From Eledone cirrhosa (Eukaryota), in assembly GCA_964016885.1 (NCBI GenBank), contig OZ024742.1:139438001-139502000 (forward strand): a stretch of DNA of 64,000 nucleotides, given 5' to 3'. The position numbers and the translations under genes are program-made. The notes under the pieces are model-generated. The model was not told the DNA's origin, did not search any database, and was given only the letters and a program-made list of their open reading frames with translations. Shown in pieces: positions 10,274 to 23,300 of the stretch (positions are counted from its first letter, which is position 1; each line of letters begins with the position of its first letter).

Positions 10274-12054
10274 GTAAGTAATCATTATATAACAATACAC
10301 ATATTTTGTCCATATGAATTATTTTACAAGGATAGCAAGCAAATTTATATTCGTTGGTCGATTACAATCTTTGAAAAATCAAATAAGGATTGCTTTATAA
10401 AATGTATAATGAAGCTAATGATAACAGAAGCTGAAATACTTGAAGCCCTCAGCGGCTGTACGATGAACATATCACTCGGCTACGGTGGTCTCCTCTATGC
10501 GGTTTACATAGACATGTTAGATATGTTTTGCAATGATTATGATAGTCTTCTCTATGAGTTTAACATAGACATGCTAGACTTGTTCTTGACACTCCTTCAA
10601 CCTGCCTGCAGCACAAAGCATTAATACCGGGAATTTCTCTGTTCTGTAATTCGGGGCGTAGTAAAGGTGATATATATTAATAAATGATCTAAAAGATATT
10701 ATTTAATTTTTCATTATCACCGTAATGATATATATTTATCTGTATTTACGGCGGCTGCTTCTACTAAATGTAAGTACTCATGATATAATAATATTTATTT
10801 TTGTCCATAAAGATAAATTATGTTTGTTACAAGCATAGCAGGTAAATTTACAGTCATTGATTTGTTACTATCTTTGATAAATCAGAAAAGAATTGTTTTA
10901 TAAAATGTTTAATGAAACTTACTATAACAGAAGCTGAAATATTTGCACACCTGGCCGGTTGATCAAGTGGCAAATCACCCGGTTACGATGGCCTCCTTTC
11001 TGAGGTTTACATAGACAAGCTAAACTTATTCTCCGATGGTTATGATGGTCTCCTCTATGAAGTTTACACAGACATACTTGATTTGTTCTGGGCTTAATCC
11101 AGAGAAGTCAGTGTGTCTCCAGCTCACTGCTTGAGTGTCAAATCCATGCAGTTCAACTGCTTTGACAAACACTGGACGGACGGGACAATGACATTTTTTG
11201 GCGTCGTCTGGTTTTGTCTACACCTCCAGGTGGTTAAGGACTGGGATGAAGTAGCATGGATATACACTTACATACACACAAAGGCATTGTTTTCATATGC
11301 ACCCTTTTTTCCTGCTATTAATTTTGTCTCTCACTCTTTTAAGTTGTGAAATAGACTGGTTAGTTACGCACGCGGCTGACACATTTCAGCTCGCTTCTGT
11401 ATTGCTATATAATGGATGATCGCATTTAAAGTCCGTTAAAGGTTCTTGGCGCTACCATTGTTACCATCGCTTTCCTCTAGCCTTGGAGACATGAACCGAA
11501 TGCTACCATTCTATTTTATATCAATGTGACCTGCTATTTCTAATGGCCATCTTCTGATCCTTTGATAATTTATGTGTGCGACACGTTGGCTGAGTGCTTC
11601 TGACAGGAAAGAAAAGATTGATTCTGTTTAGCTTCCTGTCCCCACGTAAAATTTGTAAATCAGTGGCTAGTTGAGAGATAGAGTCCTATCGGTTGCCAGT
11701 TGCTAATAGCTTTACCGTGTCAGACGTCACAAACAGTCATGGCCGGCATAGACTGGTCTTAGGATTCTGTCGATCGATTAGTTATTGATTAGGCGATACC
11801 CGCTGATCAAGCTGCATAAGCCGATTGTGCATTGTTGCATAATATATGCAGACAGATGGTGCAGTGCACCTTATTGGTGCCTTAGTGCGGTAGAAACTCG
11901 AGTCAGGGAACCTTACAGGCACCCGTTTTAAGTGCGTTGTGTTGAAGCAAATAATTTGTGTATACTCTGGGAATGTATCTTACATTGCCCATGGAGTGCG
12001 CTGAGATACAACCGGTACTGGCATTGATAAATATGCTGGGTCCGTCAACCCTTG

Positions 12055-12089
<35 letters not shown>

Positions 12090-12094
<5 letters not shown>

Positions 12095-12211
12095 TAACAG
12101 ATTAAAGTTTAAGCAAAGAATCGCTGCTTTCTCCCTTAACGGGATCTTCTGAAACTTGAGGGTGAAAGCAGCGATTCTTTGCTTAAACTTTAATCTGTTA
12201 TTTTAATAAAT
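12090..12211. repeat. Hairpin 1: ~55-bp inverted arms with ~16-nt loop; also ~28906-29036, 46424-46552, 50137-50269, 51123-51253, 63775-63905
   Basis: ...AATAACAGATTAAAGTTTAAGCAAAGAATCGCTGCTTTCACCCTTAA [CGGGATCTTCTGAAAC] TTAAGGGTGAAAGCAGCGATTCTTTGCTTAAACTTTAATCTGTTATT..., inside a (TA)n tract. Confidence 0.92.
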
Positions 12212-12311
12212 ATTTGCTCTACGGTTCTTATATATTTGATATATATTTATCCTTATCGAGGCCTCTTTGGATTTTAGTCTTCAAGTTTATTATTATTACT
12301 ATATATATATA

Positions 12312-12370
<59 letters not shown>

Positions 12371-12375
<5 letters not shown>

Positions 12376-12466
12376 AATACTTTGGGAGGGTCAGGTTGCC
12401 AAAAAGACACACACGCACGTGCGTGTGTGTCTTATTGGCAGCATGACCCTCCCAAAATATTACAAT
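12371..12466. repeat. Hairpin 2: 96-bp near-perfect loopless palindrome; also 29227-29322, 46740-46835, 50428-50523, 51466-51561
   Basis: ATTGTAATACTTTGGGAGGGTCATGTTGCCAATAAGAAACACACGCAC|GTGCGTGTGTTTCTTATTGGCAACATGACCCTCCCAAAATATTACAAT (consensus), between (TA)n tracts. Confidence 0.92.
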
Positions 12467-12516
12467 ATCGGTTTCAACACACGTTTTCAGAATCTTGCTA
12501 AACAAATTCAGAAACG

Positions 12517-12547
<31 letters not shown>

Positions 12548-12572
12548 TATAGAGAGAGAGAGAGATATATAT

Positions 12573-12679
<107 letters not shown>

Positions 12680-12694
12680 GAGAGAGATATATAT

Positions 12695-12736
<42 letters not shown>

Positions 12737-13055
12737 ATGTATGTATGTAATTCGTCGACGACTAAAGCTGCAACCCCACCAAGTTTACTTGGTGAGGAGG
12801 GTGATTTTGGATACCCTGCAGGACAAAAAACAAAACCTAGCAAAGGGCGGAAGAACCCTTAAGAGTCAACAGCCATCCAAAAACCTGTAAATATGTCTAT
12901 ACATATATATGTATATGTAAATCTGTATATGCATGTGTGCATATGTTAAGAATTATCGTAACTTTCAATAATATATATATTGAACTGGTATTATAGAAAA
13001 TAAACAAAATAATTTTTGATCATTATCATAATAAGATATATCTCTGTATTTACAG

Positions 13056-13079
13056 CTGCTGTTGTCCCTAAATGTGCAG
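13056..13079 (+). CDS. Candidate 24-nt micro-exon 4, (T)AVVPKCA
   Basis: tttacAG|CTGCTGTTGTCCCTAAATGTGCAG|GTAAGT. Confidence 0.72.
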
Positions 13080-14855
13080 GTAAGTAATCATTATATAACA
13101 ATACACATATTTTGTCCATATGAATTATTTTACAAGGATAGGAAGCAAATTTATATTTATTGGTCGATTACAATCTTTGAAAAATCAAATAAGGATTGCT
13201 TTATAAAATGTATAATGAAGCTAATGATAACAGAAGCTGAAATACTTGAAGCCCTCAGCGGTTATACGATGAACATATCACCCGGCTACGGTGGTCTCCT
13301 CTATGCGGTTTGCATGATAGAAATGTTCTGCAATGATTATGATAGTCTTCTCTATGAGTTTAACATAGACATGCTAGACTTGTTCTTGACACTCCTTCAA
13401 CCTGCCTGCAGCACAAAGCATTAATACCGGGAATTTCTCTGTTCTGTAATTCGGGGCGTAGTAAAGGTGATATATATTGATAAATGATCTAAAAGATATT
13501 ATTTAATTTTTCATTATCACTGTAATGATATATATTTATCTGTATTTACATCGGCTGTTTCTACTAAACATAAGTACTCATGATATAATAATATTTATTT
13601 TTGTCCATAAAGATAAATTATGTTTGTTACAAGCATAGCAGGTAAATTTACAGTCATTGATTTGTTACTATCTTTGATAAATCAGAAAAGAATTGTTTTA
13701 TAAAATGTTTAATGAAACTTACTATAACAGAAGCTGAAATATTTGCACACCTGGCCGGTTGATCAAGTGGCAAATCACCCGGTTACGATGGCCTCCTTTC
13801 TGAGGTTTACATAGACAAGCTAAACTTATTCTCCGATGGTTATGATGGTCTCCTCTATAAGGTTTAAACAGACATACTTGATTTGTTCTGGGCATAATCC
13901 AGAGAAGTCAGTGTGTTTCCAGCTCACTGCTTGAGTGTCAAATCCATGCGGTTCAACTGCTTTGACAAACACTGGACGGACGGGACAATGACATTTTTTG
14001 GCGTCGTCTGGTTTTGTCTACACCTCCAGGTGGTTAAGGACTGGGATGAGGTAGCATGGATATACACATACATACACACAAAGACATTGTTTTGATATGC
14101 ACCCTTTTTTCCTGCTATTAATTTTGTCTCTCACTCTTTTAAGTTGTAAAATAGACTGGTTAGCTACGCACGCGGCTGACACATTTCAGCTCGCTACTAT
14201 ATTGCTATATAATGGTTGATCGTATTTAAAGTCCGTTAAAGGTTCTTGGCACTACCATTGTTACCATCGCTTTCCTCTAGCCTTGGAGACATGAACCGAA
14301 AGCTACCATTCTATTTTATATCAATGTGAACTGCTATTTCTAATGGCCATCTTCTCACCCCTTGATAATTTGTGTGTGAGACACGTTGGCTGGGTTCTTC
14401 TGACAGGAATGAAAAGATTTATTCTTTTTAGCTTCCTGTCCCCACGTAAAATTTGTAAATCAGTGGCTAGTTGAGAGATAGAGTCCTATCGGTTGCCAGT
14501 TGCTAATAGCTTTGCCGTGTCAGTCGTCACAAACAGTCATGGCCGGCATAGACTGGTCTTAGGATTCTGTCGATCGATTGGTTATTGATTAGGCGATACC
14601 CGCTGATCAAGCTGCATAAGCCGATTGTGCATTGTTGCATAATATATGCAGACAGATGGTGCAGTGCACCTTACTGCTGCCTTAGTGCGGCAGAAACTCG
14701 AGTCAGGGAACCTTATAGACACCAGTTTTACGTGCTTTGTGTTGAAACAAATAACTTTGTGTATACTCTGGGAATGTATCTTACATTGCCCATGGAGTGC
14801 GCTGAGATACAACCGGTACTGGCATTGAAAAATATGCTGGGTCCGTCAACCCTTG

Positions 14856-14961
<106 letters not shown>

Positions 14962-16021
14962 GTGAGTGCGTATGTATGTAATTCATCGACGACTAAAGCT
15001 GCAACCCTGCCAAGTTTACTTGGTGAGGAGGGTGATTTTGGATACCCTGCAGGACAAAAAACAATACCTAGCAAAGGGCGGAAGAACTCTTAAGAGTCAA
15101 CAGCCATCCAAAAATGTGTAAATATGTCTATACATATATATGTATATGTAAATCTGTATATGCATGTGTGCATGTATATGTATATGCGTGGGGACATTGA
15201 AATTGTCGGGCTGGATACGATATCGCGCGGTTAAACCACTGGGAGTGAAGGACCACTAGTCTTTGTCACGGCATTCTTCTAGGAAAAGGCAACTCAGGAA
15301 ACTGGTATAACTCTGACATAAAACCTGCGGCTCAATAGTTGCCGATGATGTTGATCTTTTCTTCTTTTCGGGTTATAGCTACTGTCGCTCAGAGAATGGG
15401 ATTGGCTCAGCGCACAGTATTTCCTCACTTTAAAAAACATCTTCACGCACACGCATTGCACAATGGTATTAATTAATAATTATTAATAATGTTATATCGT
15501 GCAATGGCCATACTCGATAACAAGGGGGCAGCCATCATGTATGTATATGATATTAAATAACAGTAAGTGTAAGTAGAATTCTAAAGTGTATATTTTACAC
15601 ACTATATATATATTTCTCAGTTTTCTCAAATGTCGCACGATAGTAAGTCTGTCGAGTGAGTAAAGCAGTCATCGTTCACTTTTAATTACGTTCTGGAGAC
15701 TAAAATATATATAATTACTTATAGGGAGATTTTTTTCTTGAGTAGGTAAGGCGTTACAACGAAATATAAGGCCATATAATGTACCTTTGAATATATTGAT
15801 TCATTAATATCGTTTATAAAAAAGAAAAGATTTGCTTAATTAAATGTCGTATATATATGCTGTAAATTGATATATCATTTAATAATAAAACTGACGATAT
15901 TAGTTCTAAAATTGTATTAATGACATCATCTGTATTAGATAGCAAATGTATATAAGCTAGGACTTCCATTAAACTATACATGTTTCTGTAATATATTTTT
16001 TTATAAATGAAAGCAATTCTA

Positions 16022-18602
16022 TCTTCTATATATATAAAAATGAATGTATGTTTGTTTGTTTGTCCAAAGATATAAACGGAGAAAGAGAAATCAACGTATA
16101 TTCAAACAGAGAGTGAAACAGCGAGTAGTCTGGCTGCTTTGAACCACTCCCTATATCAGACTGTCTCTAAAGTTATAAACGGAGAAAGAGAAATCAACGT
16201 ATAGACAAAGAGAGAGTGAAAGAGCAACGTATAGACAAAGAGAGAGTGCTATAAACGGAGAAAGAGAAATCAACGTATAGACAAAGAGTGAGTGAAAGAG
16301 CGAGTGTGAAATTTTTTTAATTAAAGATAATTTCGATAGAATTAGTATTCTCTCTTTAATTTAATATAATTTCAATAGAATTAGTAAATTCTCTCTTGAA
16401 TTTAATATAATTTCAATAGAATTAGTATAGTGTCTGTTTCACATTACTTCCCTTCCACTCCCATTACAGGGAATTCTTTTTCAGCTAGCCCTTAACTAAG
16501 TGCTGTAATTTGATATCTTCATTTCGTCTGTCCTTATTTTCCTGACCTGGACACATACGTGGACCGACATCATTCCAAGAATTGAGAACAGTAAACGGTC
16601 AAGTATGTGCCACTTATCGTGAAGCTTGCCAAGAATTAAATCTTCTTGAAAATGATGGACATTGGGACACTTCACTCGCTGATGCATCGAATACTGCTCG
16701 ACCAAAGCAAATACGCACATTATTCTCAATAATATTGAAAACGTGCTTCCCATCAAATCCAAAAGATCTTTGGGAAAAATATAAAGACTACATGAGTGAA
16801 GACATACGACATCGTTTGCGTGCAACAAATCAAAATATGAATATTCAATTCACACAAAATGTGTATAATAAAGCATTGGTTTCCATTGAGGTCATATGTT
16901 TAGCAATCGCTAACAAAACATTGGTACAATTGGGAATGCCTGCGCCGAATCGATCTGTAAACGACATTTTCGATCGTGATTTGCAACGAGAAACAAACTT
17001 TGATGTCGCCGAATTGGGTACATTTGTTCAAACGAATCTTCCCAAATTGCTACCAGAACAACGCATAGTATATGACCAAATTATGCAGGCAATTATAAGT
17101 CAAAGCGGCGGATTGTATTTTATAGGTGCACCCGGTGGTACAGGCAAAAATTTTCTCATTTCACTTATTTTGGCAACTATACGATCAGAAAATAATATTG
17201 CACTGGCAATCGCATCATCTGGAATTGCGGCAACTCTTTTAGATGGTGGTCGAACAGCACATTCAGCCCTGAAATTGCCATTGAATATGCAAATCGCTGA
17301 GACATCAACATGCAATATTACCAAAAATTCTGGTATAGGTAAAGTACTCCAATCATGTAAAATCATTATATGGGACGAATGTACTATGGCGCACAAAAAA
17401 TCATTGGAAGCGCTTAATAATACGCTAAAAGATTTGAAAGGAAATGAACAGCTCTTCGGTGGCACACTCATTTTATTGTCTGGTGATTTTCGACAAACTC
17501 TACCAGTTATACCGCGATCAACACCCGCTAATGAGCTTAATGCATGTCTCAAATCATCAGTTTTATGGCGACACGTACAGAAATTAACTTTAAAAAACAA
17601 TATGCGTGTACAACTACAAAATGACGCATCCGCTGAACGTTTCACAAAACAATTGCTGGATATTGGGAATGGGAAAATGGTAATCGATGATTCCACAAAA
17701 TGTATCACATTGCCAACAAACTTCTGTAGAATCACGGCAACCAGAGACGAACTGATTCACAAAGTGTTCCCAAATATTGCGCAGCATTACAAAAATCATC
17801 ACTGGCTCAGTGTACGTGCTATATTAGCAGCCAAAAACACCGATGTCAATGCCATTAATTTCAGCATTCAAAACGAAATACCAGGCGAAGCGACAACGTA
17901 TAATCCATCGATACTGTAATGAATCAAGACGAAATTATCAATTATCCAATTGAATTCTTGAATTCACTTGATTTGCCAGGCATGCCACCGCACATTTTAA
18001 CATTGAAAATTGGCGTGCCTATCATCCTTCTCCGAAACATCAATCCACCACAACTTTGCAACGGTACCAGACTTTCAGTGAAAAAGACGATGAACAATAT
18101 CATCGAGGCTACAATTTTAAATGGAAAATTTAAAGGAGAAAATGTACTCTTGCCACGCATCCCAATCATTCCAACAGATACGCCATTCGATTTCAAACGT
18201 TTGCAGTTTCCGGTGCGACTCGCCTTTGCAATGACTATCAACAAAGCACAAGGACAATCGCTACAAGTGTGTGGACTAAATTTAGAAAATCCATGCTTCT
18301 CACATGGACAGCTGTATGTGGCTTGCTCACGCGTCGGTAAACCTTCTTATTTATTCGTGTACGCACCAGAAGGAAAAACAAAAAACATTGTGTATCCAAA
18401 AGCACTTCAGTAAAACAAATTAAATGTTCTTATAACGAATTTTCTTTAAATTCGTCAGTCATTCAGTCATTTAAAGATAAATGTTAAAATCTAAAAAATA
18501 GAAGCTAAATTACAGAAGTTTTTAAATAACGATTAAAATGTTAATATTATTCTTTTCTAAATAAGCTTTTTAACACTGAGCGAAGCCGGGTAGCTCCGCT
18601 AG
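16022..18602 (+). mobile_element. Helitron copy 2 (same junctions as copy 1)
   Basis: Same termini and flanks as copy 1. Confidence 0.93.
16582..18413 (+). pseudogene. Helitron helicase, frameshifted
   Basis: 1-nt deletion near 17903 (TATAAGTCC>TATAATCC) splits the ORF into 445 and 164 aa; Walker A GKT>GKN. Confidence 0.9.
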
Positions 18603-19398
18603 TATATATATATAAATAGATGAATGATCCGAAAGACAAGAATAAATTGCTAATTATTAACATTATGATATATATGTGTGCCTCATTTAATAATAAGACT
18701 GACGTTATTCGTTCTAAAATTATATTAATTACATCATTTGTATTAGATAGCAAATGTATAAAAGCTAGGACTTCCATTAAACTATCCATGTTAGTGTAAT
18801 ATATTATTTATAAATGAAGACGGTGGATTGGCTGCATCGGTAGAGGGTCGGACGCCATGCTTTGAAGCATAGAGTTACGGCCCTTGCCATTTTGAGTTCA
18901 AACCCCACCTAGGTTAACTTTGCCTTTCAACCTTACGGGCTCGATAAAATGAAGTACCAGTAATGTACTGGGTAATTGCTGGCCTTGTACCAAAAGTAGA
19001 AACAATTCTTTATAAATGAAAGCATTGCTATTTCTGATACAATATCAGTCGATCTGTCTTATTTGAATTTCTTTAGTACATAATTTTTTTTACTTTTTGA
19101 ACAAGGCCAGCAATTACCCAGTGCATTGCTGGTACTTTATTTTATCGACCCCCTAAGGATGAAAGGCAAAGTTACCCTCGGCGGGATTTGAAATCAGGAT
19201 GGCAAGGGCCGTAACTATATTCGTCAAAGTATGGCGTCCAACACTCTACGGATACTGCCAATCCACCGCCATTTCTTTAGTACTTAATGTTAAGAATTAT
19301 CGTAACTTTCAATAATATATATATTGAACTGGTATTATAGAAAATAAACAAAATAATTTTTAATCATTACCATATAAAATATATCTCTGTATTTACAG

Positions 19399-19422
19399 CT
19401 GGTGTTACCCCTAATTGTACAC
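19399..19422 (+). CDS. Candidate 24-nt micro-exon 5, (A)GVTPNCT
   Basis: tttacAG|CTGGTGTTACCCCTAATTGTACAC|GTAAGT. Confidence 0.72.
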
Positions 19423-21204
19423 GTAAGTAATCATTATATAACAATACACATATTTTGTCCATATGAATTATTTTACAAGGATAGCAAGCAAATTTATATT
19501 CGTTGGTCGATTACAATCTTTGAAAAATCAAATAAGGATTGCTTTATAAAATGTATAATGAAGCTAATGATGACAGAAGCTGAAATACTTGAAGCCCTCA
19601 GCGGGTATACGATGAACATATCACTCGGCTACGGTGGTCTCCTCTATGCGGTTTACATAGACATGTTAGATATGTTTTGCAATGATTATGATAGTCTTCT
19701 CTATGAGTTTAACATAGACATGCTAGACTTGTTCTTGACACTCCTTCAACCTGAATGCAGCACAAAGTATTAATACAGCGAAATTCTCTGTTCTGTAATT
19801 CGGGGCGTAGTAAAGGTGATATATATTAATAAATGATCTAAAAGATATTATTTAATTTTTCATTATCACCGTAATGATATATATTTATCTGTATTTACGG
19901 CGGCTGCTTCTACTAAACATAAGTACTCATGATATAATAATATTTATTTTTGTCCATAAAGATAAATTATGTTTGTTACAAGCATAGCAGGTAAATTTAC
20001 AGTCATTGATTTGTTACTATCTTTGATAAATCAGAAAAGAATTGTTTTATAAAATGTTTAATGAAACTTACTATAACAGAAGCTAAAATATTTGCACACC
20101 TAGCCGGTTGATCAAGTAGCAAATCACCCGGTTACGATGGCCTCCTTTCTGAGGTTTACATAGACAAGCTAAACTTGTTCTCCGATGGTTATGATGGTCT
20201 CCTCTATGAGGTTTTCACAGACATACTTGATTTGTTCTGGGCTTAATCCAGAGAAGTCAGTGTGTCTCCAGCTCACTGCTTGAGTGTCAAATCCATGCAG
20301 TTCAACTGCTTTGACAAACACTGGACAGACGGGACAATGACATTTGTTTGGGGCGTCTGGTTTTGTTTACACCTCCAGGTGGTTAAGGACTGGGATGAGG
20401 TAGCATGGACATACACATACATACACACAAAGGCATTGTTTTGATATGCACCCTTTTTTCCTGCTATTAATTTTGTCTCTCACTCTTTTAAGTTGTGAAA
20501 TAGACCGGTTAGTTACGCACGCAGCTGACACATTTCAGCTCGCTACTATATTGCTATATAATGGTTGATCGCATTTAAAGTCCGTTAAAGGTTCTTGGCA
20601 CGACCATTGTTACCATCGCTTTCCTCTAGCCTTGGAGACATGAACCGAAAGCTACCATTCTATTTTATATCAATGTGAACTGCTATTTCTAAAGACCATC
20701 TTCTCACCCCTTGATAATTTGTGTGTGAGACACGTTGGCTGGGTTCTTCTGACAGGAATGAAAAGATTTATTCTGTTTAGCTTCCCGTCCCCACGTAAAA
20801 TTTGTAAATCAGTGGCTCGTTGAGTGATAGAGTCCTATCGGTTGCCAGTTGCTAATAGCTTTACCGTGTCAGTCGTCACAAACAGTCATGGCCGGCATAG
20901 ACTGGTCTTAGGATTCTGTCGATCGATTGGTTATTGATTAGGCGATACTCGCTGATCAAGCTGCATAAGCCGATTGTGCATTGTTGCATAATATATGCAG
21001 ACAGATGGTGCAGTGCACCTTACTGCTGCCTTAGTGCGGCAGAAACTCGAGTCCGTGAACCTTATAGACACCAGTTTTACGTGCGTTGTGTTGAAACAAA
21101 TAACTTTGTGTATACTCTGGGAATGTATCTTACATTGCCCATGGAGTGCGCTGAGATACAACCGGTCCTGGCATTGAAAAATATGCTGGGTCCGTCAACC
21201 CTTG

Positions 21205-21285
<81 letters not shown>

Positions 21286-23276
21286 TATATGTGAGTGCGT
21301 ATGTATGTATGTAATTCATCGACGACTAAACCTGCAACCCCACCAAATTCACTTGGTGAGGAGTGTGATTTTGGATACCCTGCAGGACAAAAAACAATAC
21401 CTAACAAAGGGCGGAAGAACTCTTAAGAGTCAACAGCCATCCAAAAATGTTTAAATATGTCTATACATATATATGTATATGTAAATCTGTATATGCATGT
21501 GTGCATGTATATGTATATGTGTGGGGACATAGAAATTGTCGGGCTGGATACGATATCGCGCGGTTAAACCCCTGGGAGTGAAGGACCACTAGTCTTTGTC
21601 ACGGCATTCTTCTCGGAAAAAGCAACTCAGGAAACTGGGATAACTCCGACATAAAACCTGCGGCTCAGCAGTTGCCGATGATGTTGATCTTTTCTTCTTT
21701 TCGGGTTATAGCTACTGTCGCTCAGAGAATGGGATTAGCTCAGTGCACAGTTTTTCCTCACTTTAAAAAACATCTTCACGCACACGCATTGCACAATGGT
21801 ATTAATTAATAATTATTAATAATGTTATATCGTGCAATGGCCATACTCGATAACAAAGGGGCAGCCATCATGTATGTATATGATATTAAATAACAGTAAG
21901 TGTAAGTAGAATTCTAAAGTGTATATTTTACACACTATATATATATTTCTCAGTTTTCTCAAATGTCGCACGATAGTAAGTCTGTCGAGTGAGTAAAGCA
22001 GTCATCGTTCACTTTTAATTACGTTCTGGAGACTAAAATATATATAATTACTTATAGGGAGATTTTTTTCTTGAGTAGGTAAGGCGTTACAACGAAATAT
22101 AAGGCCATATAATGTACCTTTGAATATATTGATTCATTAATATCGTTTATAAAAAAGAAAATATTTGCTTAATTGAATGTCGTATATATATGCTGTAAAT
22201 TGATATATCATTTAATAATAAAACTGACGATATTAGTTCTAAAATTATATTAATGACATCATCTGTATTAGATAGCAAATGTATATATAAGCTAGGACTT
22301 CTATTAAACTATACATGTTTCTGTAATATATTTTTTATAAATGAAAGCAATTCTATTTCCGATAAAATATCAGTCGATCTGTCTTATTTGAATTTTTTTA
22401 ATACTTAATGTTAAGAATTATCGAAACTTTCAATATTATATATTGAACTGGTGTAGGAAATAAAGAAAATTATATAGTATATATATATATAAATAGATGA
22501 ATGATCCGAAAGACAAGAATAATTTGCTAATTATTAACATTATGATATATATGTGTGTCTCATTTAATCATAAGACTGACGGTATTAGTTCTAAAATTAT
22601 ATTAATTACATCATCTATATTAGATAGCAAATGTATAAAAGCTAGGACTTCCATTAAACTATACATGTTTCTGTAATATATTATTTATAAATGAAGGCGG
22701 TGGATTGGCAGCATCGGTAGAGGGTCGGACGCCATGCTTTGAAGCATAGAGTTACGGCCCTTGCCATATTGAGTTCAAACCCCACCTAGGTTAACTTTGC
22801 CTTTCAACCTTACGGGCTCGATAAAATGAAGTACCAGTAATGTACTGCGTAATTGCTGGCCTTGTACCAAAAGTAGAAACAATTATTTATAAATGAAAGC
22901 ATTGCTATTTCTGATACAATATCAGTCGATCTTTCTTATTTGAATTTCTTTAGTACATAATTGTTTTTACTTTTTGAACAAGGCCAGCAATTACCCAGTG
23001 CATTGCTGGTACTTTATTTTATCGACCCCGTAAGGATGAAAGGCAAAGTACACCTCGGCGGGATTTGAAATCAGGATGGCAAGGGCCGTAACTATATTCG
23101 TCAAAGTATGGCGTCCAACACTCTACGGATACTGCCAATCCACCGCCATTTCTTTAGTACTTAATGTTAAGAATTATCGTAACTTTCAATAATATATATA
23201 TTGAACTGGTATTATAGAAAATAAACAAAATAATTTTTGATCATTATCATAATAAGATATATCTCTGTATTTACAG

Positions 23277-23300
23277 CTGCTGGTATCCCTAAATGTACAA
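23277..23300 (+). CDS. Candidate 24-nt micro-exon 6, (P)AGIPKCT
   Basis: tttacAG|CTGCTGGTATCCCTAAATGTACAA|GTAAGT. Confidence 0.72.
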
